Shown: piece by piece, positions 50,476-62,832 of the stretch
How the letters are laid out: each line of letters opens with the position of its first letter
Position numbering within the stretch: position 1 is the first letter of the stretch
DNA from: Mobula birostris
Lineage: Eukaryota
DNA: 64,000 bases
Assembly (NCBI RefSeq): GCF_030028105.1
Contig: NC_092375.1
Location: 164,051,415 to 164,115,414, forward strand
Direction of reading: 5' to 3'
Notes under the pieces: model-generated
Seen by the model: the letters and a program-made list of their open reading frames with translations, nothing else
What the model was told of the DNA's origin: nothing
Databases searched by the model: none
Translations under genes and position numbers: made by a program

Positions 50476-51378
50476 GTTCAGTGCTGAGGTGACACAGGAA
50501 CCCGATGGCTGCAGGCCACAGGTGTGTAGTCAGTTCAGCGCTGAGGCCAGTAATGCCTCATGGAGTAGTGAGCCAACACCAGTTCATCCTTCATTCTCAG
50601 TGTTGATGCCTTGACCTTTTGGTCTGGCTTGGCGCTTAAGTTGACTAAAGAATGTTCTGTTTTCTCTCTTGTGCCCAGACCCCACCGCTTCAATCTGGCC
50701 CAAAGTCCACTCCAGCAATGGCCACCATGTCTATACGTATCAAAGTATGTATAAATTATACAACCTTGAGATTTGTCTGCTTGCAGGCAGCCACAAAGCA
50801 AGAAACCTGAAACAGCTCGATTAAAACAGAAAGACCAACGCCAATGTGTAGAGAAAGAGGAAAAAACACAAATCATGCAAACAATAGAAGCAAGCAACAG
50901 CATTCCGAACCAAATTGAGTCCAATAGATCTGAATCCCTGCAGCAGGGAAATGGGCCCACCAGGTCATTCAGACAGTTCAATGAGACAGCTCCCAAAGGG
51001 AAATTATGGGTTGTGGATTCCAGTGATCATAGTTGGGTTGTGGTAAAGTATATTTAGTAGAATAGTTCATAGTTTTGTTAGCTGCCCAAAAAGGTTGCCG
51101 TATATCACCAGCACCATCTTGAGTATTCCATTTCATCAGGCTTTGAATCCACTAAGTAACTACCAGCTGAACCATTGCACCAATATTTCTTTTTGTTCTG
51201 GCAGCTATTTAAATGGTTTCACTTGGTGTAAAAGGGAAATGTTGAGTTCATGGTGTGATGTGTGATATCCCTGTGAGATTCAGTGTCAATCCAACGGTCT
51301 TTGCAAAATTGGTATTTTTACTCATTTAGTATTTGGATAACATCTCACTATCCAGATATTGTTGAATGTTGTTATATC

Positions 51379-51922
51379 TGGGGTTGTACTAAGGACAAGC
51401 TCCCACCACCTATTAAATGATCCCAGTGGCATGCGCCTCAAATAGCCTCTTACAACCAAGTCCAGGTCCTGGCTTTGACGTGCGGCTTAGCCGCTAAGCC
51501 CAGCGGAACCATTTCTACTGACAAGAGAAGGGGCAACGGCAAGTAACTGCCACTTTAAAACCAGTCACTTCGAGCAAATGGAGCTCATCGAGGAGAAGGA
51601 AACTCTGATCCCAAACCTCCACTGCCTTGCGGCTATACCCACTCATGGGAAAGGCTTCGGGAGTAAACCCCAAGGGAAAAATCCAAAGCTGGAGGCCCTA
51701 AGGCAGTCCTACATTGAGTTCAACGCAGACTGGCAGCTCCCGTGACGCTACTGGTGACAGACAATATCAGTCTCTGCTGTTCCTTTGGGTTCATCAGTTG
51801 CAAGGAGAGGAGGAGCTTGCTACATGGGCAGCAGCTTGCTCTCCATTTTGTAGTGCCCTGACTTACGTACCTAGACAGCTAGGTCTCAACATCCATGGTC
51901 GATCCTGACTGACGGAGGCCTA
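51379..51922 (+). mobile_element. GC-richer non-coding interspersed element resembling non-LTR (RTE/ingi-like) 5' regions
   Basis: Composition shift, hairpin GGCTTAG-CCG-CTAAGCC (51484-51500), and a GGAGAAGGAAACTCTGAT..CAAACCTCC motif that I associate with non-LTR 5' regions. Confidence 0.4.
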
Positions 51923-52409
51923 ATGGTGATGATGGTATTGGGGTAGTAAACAACGGCTGCATTTTTGAAAGTAAAATTGGTCGGAGTGTGTGAGGGACTA
52001 TCTCTCATGAGACCAGGAGGAACAAAAGGGATGAGAAGCTCCATTTAGATAGATTTCACAGATCTTGTAGCACCATTTGCTGAAGAACCTGTGGATTCTT
52101 ATTTGCCTCATTAAATGTCTGCTCTGCAGATACTGCCACCAAACACAGGTAACTCGTTGCCACCAAGAGGTATTGTGAAATTGTCACTTTGCCTACATGA
52201 CAAACAGCAGTTCATTGACCAAAGTGCTGCTGAACATGAAGGGCAGATTTTACTGATTTCACTGAAATCTTAGAGCAATGGAAGAGGCCATTGATCTCGA
52301 AACCCAAGTATCATTTCACTATCAAATGCTACTTGATAGAAGGATGCAAATGGAGTCATTAAAAGATACCCATAAAAGTTCTCTGTTTATAATCATTTTA
52401 GAGTAAAGG

Positions 52410-53440
52410 CACTGGGCTGGAGTTTGAGCCCAGGTTGGGGCACTCTGTGATTGAACATCAGTGATCTGGGAGGTCTGGTCAGCAAGTGTTGAGGAGACCA
52501 GCAATACCCAAGTCAGTGAGCCCGGGTCCTGGGTTGAAAGTCCGTGCGCACAGGAGCCCTGAGGGGCCAGTGACCCACTCCTCCCCAGACCACCTGTTTG
52601 TAGGCCCGTGCAAGTCCAAAAGTCAAGGTTCAAATGTCAAACAAGGTCTGTGCAAGTCTTGAAGTCGAGGCCTGAAAGTCAAGCAAGGTTTGTGTGAGTC
52701 CAGAAGTTGAGGGCCGAAGGTCAAACCTATTATCAGTCAATCCTGGGGTGGATATCCAGTCATTGGCAAAGTCCAGAGAGCAAAGCCAAAGGTCAAAGTC
52801 CAGAGCACAACAAGTCTGGAAGCTTGAAGATTGAAAACTGTAGTTAGAGGCCCGGAGGAGTCATGAGGTCTCGGATTTGGATGTCCGCGTGAGTCTGGGA
52901 ATTGAGGCCTAAAGGTCAAACCCATGATCAGTAAGTCCTGGGACAAAGTCAAGCTGGTGGCCCTATGCCCGTGAGCATGAGAGTCTAGGGCCAAGGATTG
53001 GAGGCCCAGAGGTAGCCTGTCCTGGGGTTGGCGTCCTGTCTCTAGGTGTGTGTAGGTGGGAGGGTGGGAGGGAGGATGGGAAAGATGCTTATTTTGCTGT
53101 TCACAAAATGCTGTAGGAACTCAGCAGGCCAGGCAGCATCTGTGGAAAAGAGTAAACAGTTGATGTTTTGGCCCAAAACATCGACTGTTTACTCTTTTCC
53201 ACAGATGCTGCCTGGTCTGCTGAGTTCCTCCATCATTTTGTGTGTTGCTTTGGATTTCCAGCATCTGCAGATTTTCTTGTGTTTGTTTAGCTGTTGTTTT
53301 GTTTTGTTGTTCCTGTTGCCTGTGTTGTTCTGACTCCGCACTTCACTGTATGTTTTGATGTACGTGCGATGAATAAGTGAATCTCAGTCTGAATTTTCAC
53401 GACATGTCAATGATAACAAATCCATTTCTGATTCTGAATC
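52410..53440 (+). mobile_element. Rex1-tailed non-autonomous element with degenerate internal repeats
   Basis: Recurrent AAGTC, GAGGCC and AAGGTCAAA motifs; ends GATAACAAATCCATTTCTGATTCTGA. Confidence 0.5.
53102..53282 (+). mobile_element. Spacer-less palindromic member of the fold-back family
   Basis: Arms 53102-53171 and 53173-53242; same TTCCAGCATCTGCAG tail; possible TSD TTATTTTGCTGTT and TTGTTTAGCTGTT. Confidence 0.75.
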
Positions 53441-54404
53441 TTATTGTGATGTTCTTTTCTGATCTAAACCTTTGAAGCTTATTTACACAGAACTATATCC
53501 CCAGGCCTCATATGGTTTTGTAAATATATCTGCAATATGGAAAAAAAAATCCTGAGATGCTGGAAAATGTTGCGACTGCAAAGCAACCCTCGGTGGAAAA
53601 TGGAATCAATGAACAAGTAGGTGAGGATTTAAATAAAAACAAGACAATGCTGATTTTTGGACTCTATTTTGAGCGGTGCATCCAATCTACATGAACAGGG
53701 AACCAGCATGAATATATGGATAAACCAATAGAGGTGAGATGCTGTAAATCAAGAAGAAGATGAAGATATACCGGCATTTGACTGTTATTTGTGTTATGCA
53801 TGTGACATTCTTATATTTGATGCTCCTGAAGATAATGGAAGTTTACAGCTTTGCCTGGATGGCTGACTCAGTTTAAAAATAACAACATGGGTATGAGTAC
53901 AATTTGCATTCTTGTGAAGGAAGTTTGCACAGATGAATTAGTTTCTGGTACCCTCCATGAATCCAAGGGGAATTAAAGAAGGGGTGCAATTGGAATGATA
54001 TGATACAAATGAAACCTCTGGGAGAAACTTACTGACGAAGACCCAGGTATTCAAGGGCAAACAATATGCTCCTATACCAGGTAGAAACAAACACAATACT
54101 CTGCAAATGCAATTACTATACATTAGCTTAAACTTAGTCCAATGGGCAGGGCAAAAGTCCACAGAAGTTTAAAAAAGCGAGAGCATTAATATGCTAATGG
54201 TATATTTTAGCAGGAATTCATTGTGGTTTGTGCTGCATGTTCCAGTGTACATCTGAAATTGATGGCACAAGAAATGGCTGCCTGCTGATGAATAATGCTC
54301 CTACTCATCATCAGGAAAGTGTTTACACAGCAGAAGATGGTAACATTTTTTCAAGAATTTCCCACCATTTGTGACTTCTGTGTCCCAAGAGTGATCTTGG
54401 ACTG

Positions 54405-55970
54405 CATATGTTAAATGCATGCTTTGAAAGGGAGAATAAAACTATGCCTGTGCAAATCCCTGCAGCATCTGGTGACTCTGTAATCTCTGTCTCAGAGGCA
54501 AAGAGATCTTTCATGAGGGTGAACCCTAGCAAGGCGTCAGGCTCTGATGGAATAACTGGTAGGGCTCTGAAAACCTGTGCCAACCAACTGGCAGTAGTGT
54601 TCAGGGACATCTTCAATTCTTCACGCTGCAGTTGGAGGTTGCCACCTGCTGCAAAAAGGCCACAATCCTCCCAGTCCCTAGGAAAAGCAAGGTGAGCTGC
54701 CTTAATGACTGTCACCCAACGGAACTCACATTTACTGTGATGAAAGAGATGGGTCACGGAATCAACCCCTGCCTCAGCAAGGATCTGGACCTGCTGAAAT
54801 TTGCCTATCGCCATGTTAAATCTACAGCGGATGCAACCCTCTCGGCCTTGGATCACCTGTTAGGCTGCTGCTTATTGACTCAGCATTCAATGCCATCATA
54901 CCCTCAGTACTAATCAACAAGCTCCAAAACCAGGGCCTGTGCTCCTTCCTCTGCAACTGGTTCCTTGAATTCCTCATCAGGAGACCAAAGTTAGTGCAGA
55001 TCAGAAATAATCTCTCTTCCTCACTGGCAATTAACACTGGCACACCTTAAGCATGCATGGTTAGCCCACTGCTCTGCTGTCTCTACACACAAGACTGTGT
55101 GGCGAGGCACAGCTCAAACGTCATCTATAAATTTGTTAGTGATACAACTACTGTTGGCAGAATTTCAGATGGTGACAAGGAGACGTCCAGGAGTGAATTA
55201 GATCAGCTGGTTGAGTGATTTTGCAGCAACAACCTTGCCCGCAACGTCAGTAAGACCAAGAAATTGACTGTGGACTTCAGGAAGTGGAAGTCGAGGGAAC
55301 ACACACCAGTTCTCTTCAAGGGTTGAACAGTGGAAAGGATGAGCAGTTTCAAGTTCCTTGGTGTCAACATCTCTGAAGATCTATCCTGGGCCCAACATAT
55401 AGATGCGATTACAAAGAAGGCACGACAGCGGATTTGATTCAGAGTTTGAGGAGACTTGATAACGTCACCAACGACTCTCGCAAGTTTTAACAGATGTACT
55501 TTGGAGAGCAGTCTAACTGGTTGCATCATCATCTGGTATGGAGGGCCCGCTGCACAGGATTGGAAAAAGCCGCAGAAAGTGACAAACTCAGCCAGCTACA
55601 TCATGGGAACTAGCCTCCCCAGCACTGAGGACACCTTCAAAAGGCGATGCCTCAAACAGGTGTGATCTGTCATTGAAGACACCCATCGCCCAGGATATGC
55701 CCCCTTCTCATTGCTGCCATCAAGGAGGAGATACAGGAGCCCAAAGACATGTAGGAACAGCTCCTTCCCCACTGCCATCAGATTCCTGAAGACAATGAAC
55801 CCATATACACTACCTCACTATTTTTTCTTTTTTTTTTTGCTCTCAATTTGCACAACTTATTTAGTTTAATTTTATATATACAGTGTATTTCTTATTGTGA
55901 TTTATAGTTTTTTAAAAATATGTATGGCAATGTACTGCTGCGGCTAAGCAGCATTTTTCACATATGTGCA
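54405..55970 (+). mobile_element. Rex1-like LINE (RT to 3' UTR), decayed
   Basis: VNPSKASGSDGITGRALKTCANQLAVVFRDIFN, KKATILPVPRK..CLND, FNRCTLESSLTGCIIIWYG. Confidence 0.9.
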
Positions 55971-56089
55971 GTGAAACGATGGAACCAAATCTATACAAAG
56001 ATTTAAAAAATGATGACAACTGGGACAAGTTGGAAATTTCAATAGTGGGCCAAGCAGAAACTGTACCTGACGTGATTAAAGGTGAAAAT

Positions 56090-56235
56090 CTTTTATTTAT
56101 TTATTTATTTATTTATTTTATTTGGTGTATCAGCGTAGAGCAGGCTGTTCTATCCCAACAAGCCACAGCACACAACAACTCACGTACCTAACCAAGCCTA
56201 ATCACAGGAAAATTCACAGTGACCAATTAACCTGC
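56090..56235 (-). mobile_element. V-SINE/HE1-like 3' fragment with (TAAA)n tail
   Basis: (TTTA)n at ~56091-56122, followed by AATTCACAGTGACCAATTAACCT (reverse V-SINE-like core). Confidence 0.5.
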
Positions 56236-59200
56236 TCATGCTGCCAAAATATTGCAGAGTATCTAGAGGTAGATTGCCATGGACCTCAACGTGACAATAA
56301 CATTTTGTGTCTGTGTGTATACAACAGCCTTGAAGCTTGAAGCTTGATGACTGTGTGTGTGTGTGGGGTGGGAGGGCACGCATGCGTGCACGCACCCGAT
56401 GTCAGTGTTGGCCAACCCCTGGGGCAAGTGAAGGCAGAGAGGAGGAAGACCTGATTCTTCTCGCAAGCAAGCCCTCATCTCCTTGATTATGCTGAGTAAC
56501 AAGAATGACAGACAGTGAAAAGATTAGGCCTCAAAAAGAAAATTAATTAAATTAAGGTATTAATCAATTTGGAAAATATTTTAAATGACATGATTTTGTT
56601 GTTTGATGAGTTTTTTTAGTTTGCTGTCCATCGGTGATAAGCTTGGTCAGACAGATTGTACCAATGGTAAGGAATTTATGCCAGGAAATTGTGCCTGCGT
56701 TCTGTAGGATAGTATCTTGCTTGAAGCACTATGTGGCTTAAAAGCATGAAATTAGTTTTATGGAGTACATGGATTTTTTTCATTTCAGATTTCTTTTTAT
56801 GGTAATGGTCAATTTATGGTTCATTGGCAGAATTGCCTCATTTTGAAAGACTGAGTACCTTGTGCTAAGGTGGCCTTTCACGATAAAAACTTAATTATAC
56901 CCTCGAGAGGATTGTACTGCTGATGGTTGTTAAAAACAGTACAGAATTCATAATTTCCAAAAGAAAGGTGATTTGTTTGTGTGAGTATAAATCTCCCTTC
57001 TGAGTAAGGCTTTGTGTGGTTTTTGCATATTTTTTCTCAGTGTTAACATAGGGAAATATTTTAATACTTACTGTAGTCTTCAGACCAGTATATTTTAGGA
57101 TTTATGAAATCTATCAAGGTTTTATTTCATCTCCACAGTCAACAGCAATAAAAAGCAAGTTAATTAGATTGACTGAAGATTATCCTCATTTTGTGATGCT
57201 TGAAATAATGTAAGAAAATAGCCTAATACATTAATCAAGAATGTAAATTCAGTAGTGTATCTTGTATGTTCATCTTAACAATGGTGTTTTTTGTTTTTAT
57301 TGTTGTTTGCGTATTCTAATGATTGGAAATTGAAGGAGTGCATTCTGAAAAGAGACATTTCCTTCTACAAGGGAAAACTATAGTGAGTTCATAATAATAA
57401 TAGAGAATATAATTGCTATCAGTTAATTACGTACTTCTGCAATGGACATCTTTCCACCTTTTCCTCAAATGGAATACAATAATATTAATAATGTGTATAG
57501 ATTATTTAAGCTTTCTTATTTTATCCTGCTGAATTGGCAGGGAGAAGTATTTAGTAGAACTCAGTAGTATATAGATAATATTCACCCAGCATTGGTCTAA
57601 TGTATGCTGTGGCCGTTCACAAGCCAGTGAAGGCCTAGGAATTCAGTAACTATATCAATCATTGATTAATTATAGGCTACAGATAGCAAGACTTTATTGC
57701 TTGCATTGAGACCTATTCAACTGAAACATTATCTGTCGGTCGTGAGGTTCATTATGGCTGATTTGGAGCATTCCTGATTTTGGGGAATTAAAACCAGTGA
57801 CTGGAAAATTTATAGTCTTTCGATTGCAAGGCTAAACTCCACATCACAGACACTGAGCTGTATTCCCAGAAAGCAAGATTCTTTGGCAGGAGCTTAGGTT
57901 TAAAATTTCAGGGCTTTGCAATTTTTTTTTGCAAGTGAAGCAATCCACTGGTTTGCTTGCATTTTGCTGTTTTCATCAATGGATTGACATGGTTAAGTCT
58001 CCCAGGAAGGAAAAGGCAGGGTCCTTCACACCATTTCAATAAGATTCTCTACCTCCTCCGCTTTCTCACCCTTTGACCAAATCAAATGATGCCTTTAGTT
58101 TCTGAAAGATCTTTCTCATCCTGAGCTTTCAGGTTAGAAATTTTTAAATGGTCTGTATACCTCTGTGTGAAGGAATTTCTTCTCCATATTACAGTTCTAA
58201 TCCCTCTTTCCTTTTCATAGTACCCTGGGGCAGAGGATGTGGTTTCTGAGCATCTACCGTGTTTAAAAGTCTCAGAATCTTGTATATTTCAGTTGGATTA
58301 CCTAAATGCAGTGTGCATAGAGACACTCAATTTTGCATTGTGGAAGATATCAGTCTATTTATGTTGAATGGGTAGAAAGCTAAGGTTGTGATGTGTGAGT
58401 CCTTTAAAATTATAAGAGACAAGTTAACTCCCAGACATGCTCAGCATACGATATTAATTGGGATTGCAGCAGACGACGTATCCCTTTGACTTTCTGAATT
58501 AAGTGCAGCTGATTGTGCAGGAATCCTGTGTCTTTGCGTTTTCCATGGTGGCTGCTTCTCCATCCCACAGTCCCAGTTGAGAACAAAGTAGAGCAAACAA
58601 GCTCAGGAGTTGTGCAGAATTGTGAAGTACAGCAGAAGTTCTAGCACTTCCAAAAGAAAATTAAAGTAAGTCTTAAAGCATATTATGTCAGCCCCTCGAT
58701 ACCCTGGTAGACTGCAGTTTAACTTATAATTTTATTTGTTTCCAAACACATAGGTGTGATTCAACTTCTACTTAAATTGGATGCCATCTCTTCCTACTTT
58801 ATTACAATAATATACTATTTTGAGTCACAACTTTTCCCACTTGGCCATTCTTGATAACTAGCTTCCTCCATAATCTCTTACACATGTACAATAGTTGGTT
58901 TGGTGGTTTCTAATATTATATACAGAATGTTCTTGGGTTAATTTTGTCCATAATTTGGAAATTAAACGGAAGTCACTTGACACGGTGACCATACCTCCAC
59001 ATTTTTGTGATGGAGGGCATCAAAAACACCTGAGACTGAAAAGAAGAAACAAAAAGCAATTACAAGTGGTGAGAGAGAAAATTAGTTCTGCCATTAATGG
59101 GAATGAGGCTCTGAATTTAACATAATAGGGGCTCATTTGGATGTAGAGGTGTTCAGAAGTTGGGTGTTCTTAACCTGGGGATAGCCTGCACCAACTTCTG

Positions 59201-59794
59201 GTGGTTCATTTACTTGTTCAGGTAAACTATGTTCTTGAATTCAGTGAATGTAAAGGTCACAGCAACACTAACCTCCTCTCTTTCAGTTTAATTTCATGAA
59301 CCGGTGGGCACTAACCGGGCATGAATGGTGTGTCTCAAATTAATGAAACTTCTGTTAAGTAAAAATTATTTTTAGATTTGGTTTTGCAGCACAGTAGTAG
59401 ATGAAATAAAGCACTTCTCAAATATTGACTTTCCAAATTCCTCAAGTTCTTGGTTTAATGAAAAATGTATTTGTTTGCTGCTGTGCTTACAGTCACTTCT
59501 CACAATCCACTTTATCCCCAAGGACTTGATTGCTCAGGTTATCCAGAGCTAATAGCTTTCCATCTGATGTTTAATACTTTGTTTTAAATCATGCTATTGT
59601 TAGCTTCAGTGTTCACTTCGTGTGCTCGAACAACTGTGTAAGATCAACTGGATAGGCCAGAAGGTCTTTTCCTGCCTGACATCTTCAACGTTCATTGAAA
59701 TGTTCCTGTGGTGTGTCCAAAGAAGCTGTAACAGATTCTCTCAAGCAAAGTATGAACAGAAAAGAATGTTTTATATTTTTCATTCATTCATTCT

Positions 59795-59956
59795 TTCTGG
59801 CATCTTTCCCCTTTCTTCTCAGTCCTGATGAAGATTCCCAGCCCAAAACGTCAACTGTTTACTCTTTTCCATAGATGCTGCCTGACCTGACGAGGCCCTC
59901 TGTTGTTTTGTGTGTGTTGCTTTGGATTTCCAGCATCTGCAGACTTTCTTGTTTTG
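59795..59956 (+). mobile_element. Penelope-type pLTR fragment with mutated hammerhead motif
   Basis: CAGTC-CTGATGA-AGATTCCCAGCCC-AAAACGTC-AACTG (59820-59857) plus the shared downstream sequence and tail. Confidence 0.7.
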
Positions 59957-61849
59957 GTATTTTGGTAAAGTTGATTTACCAATCTTAATCCCAAAAATAC
60001 ATAAGCCATTTATGTGTGCCTGATTTTGTCTGCTTGTGTTCACTCACATTGACCATGTCAAACAGTATGGAATCTTGAAAACATCAGCAAATTAAAATAC
60101 TTCAGGCAGCACTTAAACGACTAACAGTGTGTTTTGTGGTTGTACAAGGGACTCTGTGCATACCACTTTCAATAATGTCATACCTAAAATACTGTATCTT
60201 GGCAAGTTAAAGATAAATAATTTTGAAAATGAATAGAATTTGATTGATGATTTTTGAAAGGATGAAAATTGATTCCATTATATCACAGCTGACAATATAA
60301 TGTTCGAATTCGGGTCTGACCTTGTTCTGAGTGATGATCCTCCATAGCGGGAGCTGTCTTGTACCATTTCCTTTTGATACAGCGTCGATTGTAAATCCAG
60401 AGCAGTGTCAAATCCGGTTTATAAATTAATCCTCTCAAATCTCTCTCTATGTTTATGTTTCTGTTTGTATCCATTCAGATCACTTAGCATGAGAGTTAAT
60501 TCTTTAGTCAGGCAGAATCTCAGCAATAAATTAAGGTTTTACCTGGCTGCATCACGTAAACGGCCAGGATACATTTCATCTGAAAAACTGCAGTGCAAAT
60601 GTACATTTATTATTAGCTTTTCAATGAAAATTAATTGTCAGTCAAATTTTGTTTTCTAGTAATTGTATCCCATCTCTCCAGAAACTTTTGGAATAGAAAT
60701 AATTTTTGCATGTCTACATTTGCTTGAGGCTTCCTCATTTTCTGCTTATTCTTTAGTTCTGCACCCATCGACTAAGTAAAATGCCAGCTCACACCCACAG
60801 CTTTGAAGCTAGCATTTATTCCACTTGCTCAATCTTCTTTAATATAATGGAAAGCTAAATTCTTCACAGCTGAGAGCCCTAAATCCCAGGATCCAAATCT
60901 TTCAATCCTCCCCCATCTCTCAGGTACATATTGAATGTTATTGCAAAGGCCTGAGGCTATGAATTAAAGTTTCCAAGAAGCTACGCACTTTAAGCTTTAG
61001 TAGTGTTTATGTTGAGTTTAATTTTTGGCTGTGCTACAATATCATTGATGTAAAGAACTGATGGCTGCATTAATCTTAATAAGAATCTGGTGTGGGAGTT
61101 GGAGAGGAAGGGGTTGAGTGAACAGCTCTTCAGCTTGAAAACTGCAAACAACAAAAAAGCAAAAAGGAGTATTTCCTTCTGTCCTTTAGAATTTGGGAAG
61201 AAGAAATTATACAGAATGTTTATGGCTTGTGAATACCAGACGGAATGATGCGGTCTTTGATTTGTTTACATAAATGGTTACAATAGGCTTATTTGTAAGT
61301 CGCTTGGTGTGTGATTTTCATTCCCTGACATGTTGCGCTCCAGAGGCAAGCTTGTTATAAAATTATGAATGAGCTACATGTAATGGAAATAACTCCCAAT
61401 TCAGAGGTTGTTCATTGAACAAGGGTAACAGCATGTTGTCTCAGGGTTTAGTGCAGTGATTTAAAAGGGTCAAGATCCTCTCGAGGCTATCAGCGAAGCT
61501 ACACCTAGGGATGCTAGAGTTTTCTGTGGAAACATCATCTTTTAGGAGTACCTTTTGAACCAGTGATGTCTAAGTACTTTGTCAATTAAAATAAGATAAA
61601 TTATTTTTGAAAGCAATTGGAATTTGGTAGATTTTTTTTTGTAAAACTGGTAACACAAGGGAAATGTAGGACACAGCAGTAGAGCTATTTCAAATATATG
61701 CTGTACTCAATTTAGGTTTCACTAGGACCCTTCAGTACAGGCTTCGCACTTCAGAGCAGCCTTGGTCCAAATTTACCACAGGTCAGGTGACCACTGTTAC
61801 TTCAAGGCAGCATTTAATTGAGTGTGGATTCAAAGAGCCATAGTAAAAA

Positions 61850-62832
61850 TATAGCCAATGGCATCAAAGTGAAACATTCCAATAATTGGCCTTGCACCTT
61901 GAACAAAGGAAGGTGGTTGTGGTTCTCTGATGTCAATTGTCATAGTCACAGGACATCATTGCAGGAGTTCCTTAAGCCAATGTCCTGCATCCATCCATCT
62001 GCATCAAGGTTTGAAGTAAAAGCTTTTGCTGATGGTTGCACAGTTATCGACTCAATTCACAATTTGTCATAATAGAGTCATAGAACATTGCAGCACAAAA
62101 ACAGGCACTTTAGCCCAAATCATCCATGCTAACTAATGTGAATCTCAGCTACTATTTGCCTGTGTTTGATCCACATCCCTCTAAACTTTAAACTTTTCCT
62201 TTCCATGTACCTGTCCATTAATCCTAATGATACAAGAGCAAGGCAGAGGCTGGCTGTTTGCATGTGACATTGCTGTAGGCACACCAAAGCTTTTCTCCTA
62301 TCTACAGATCACAATGAGATTATTCTCCACTTGTCCCCATCAATGCAGCTCCAAGGATATTTACGACCCTCAATACCATCCAGGGCAATGTAGGTGACTT
62401 AATTGACATCATAACCTCCACCCAAATCTTCCAGGATCAAACCACCATACCCATAGTTTTTACTGTCTACAAAATGCACTGTAGTTATTCTACCAGCTGA
62501 CTCTGACAAGTCCCTCAATCCAAGACCTCTGGCATCAAAAAGCACAAGGGAAGCAAAGGCATGGGAATGCCACCACCGGTAGATCACCCTCCTAGTTACA
62601 CATTATGTTGGCTTGGAAATTTATTAAGGTATCCTTGTTGCTGATTTTAAGTCCTGGAACAGCACCCCACCCCCACACCCAACAGAATTATGGGAGTATA
62701 TTCTCTGGAAGGACTGTAGTAGTTTAGGAAGATGATTAATATCACCTTCTCAAGGATATTTAAGAATGGCTAGCAAATGCTGGCCATACCAGTGATGCCT
62801 ACCTCCTGGAAAATGGATAAGTGAATAAAAAC
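61850..62832 (+). mobile_element. Ancient L2/CR1-type LINE remnant with a nested minus-strand CR1 tail (~62070-62220)
   Basis: AFADGCTV RT remnant; 3' end AAATGCTGGCC.T.CCAGTGATGCC...GAATAAAAA. Confidence 0.5.

Larger units (their letters stand above)
49320..50735 (-). mobile_element. Rex1-tailed non-autonomous element with internal ~60-bp repeats, host of the LTR at 49607
   Basis: Starts CAAAGTTCAAA..TTTATTATCAAAG (reverse Rex1 tail); unit CCCGATGGCTGCAGGCCACAGGTGTG occurs at 49571 and 50501. Confidence 0.55.

Noticed and set aside
3134-53242. Functional link between intronic dsRNA hairpins and the host's RNA-binding zinc-finger protein
   Set aside because: Purely speculative; such repeats are probably genome-wide and nothing in the sequence ties them to this gene.
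54285-54320. CTGATGA...GAAA spacing like a hammerhead core
   Set aside because: No helix II or helix I can form; CTGATG simply pairs with CATCAG (54309-54314), and there is no family context.
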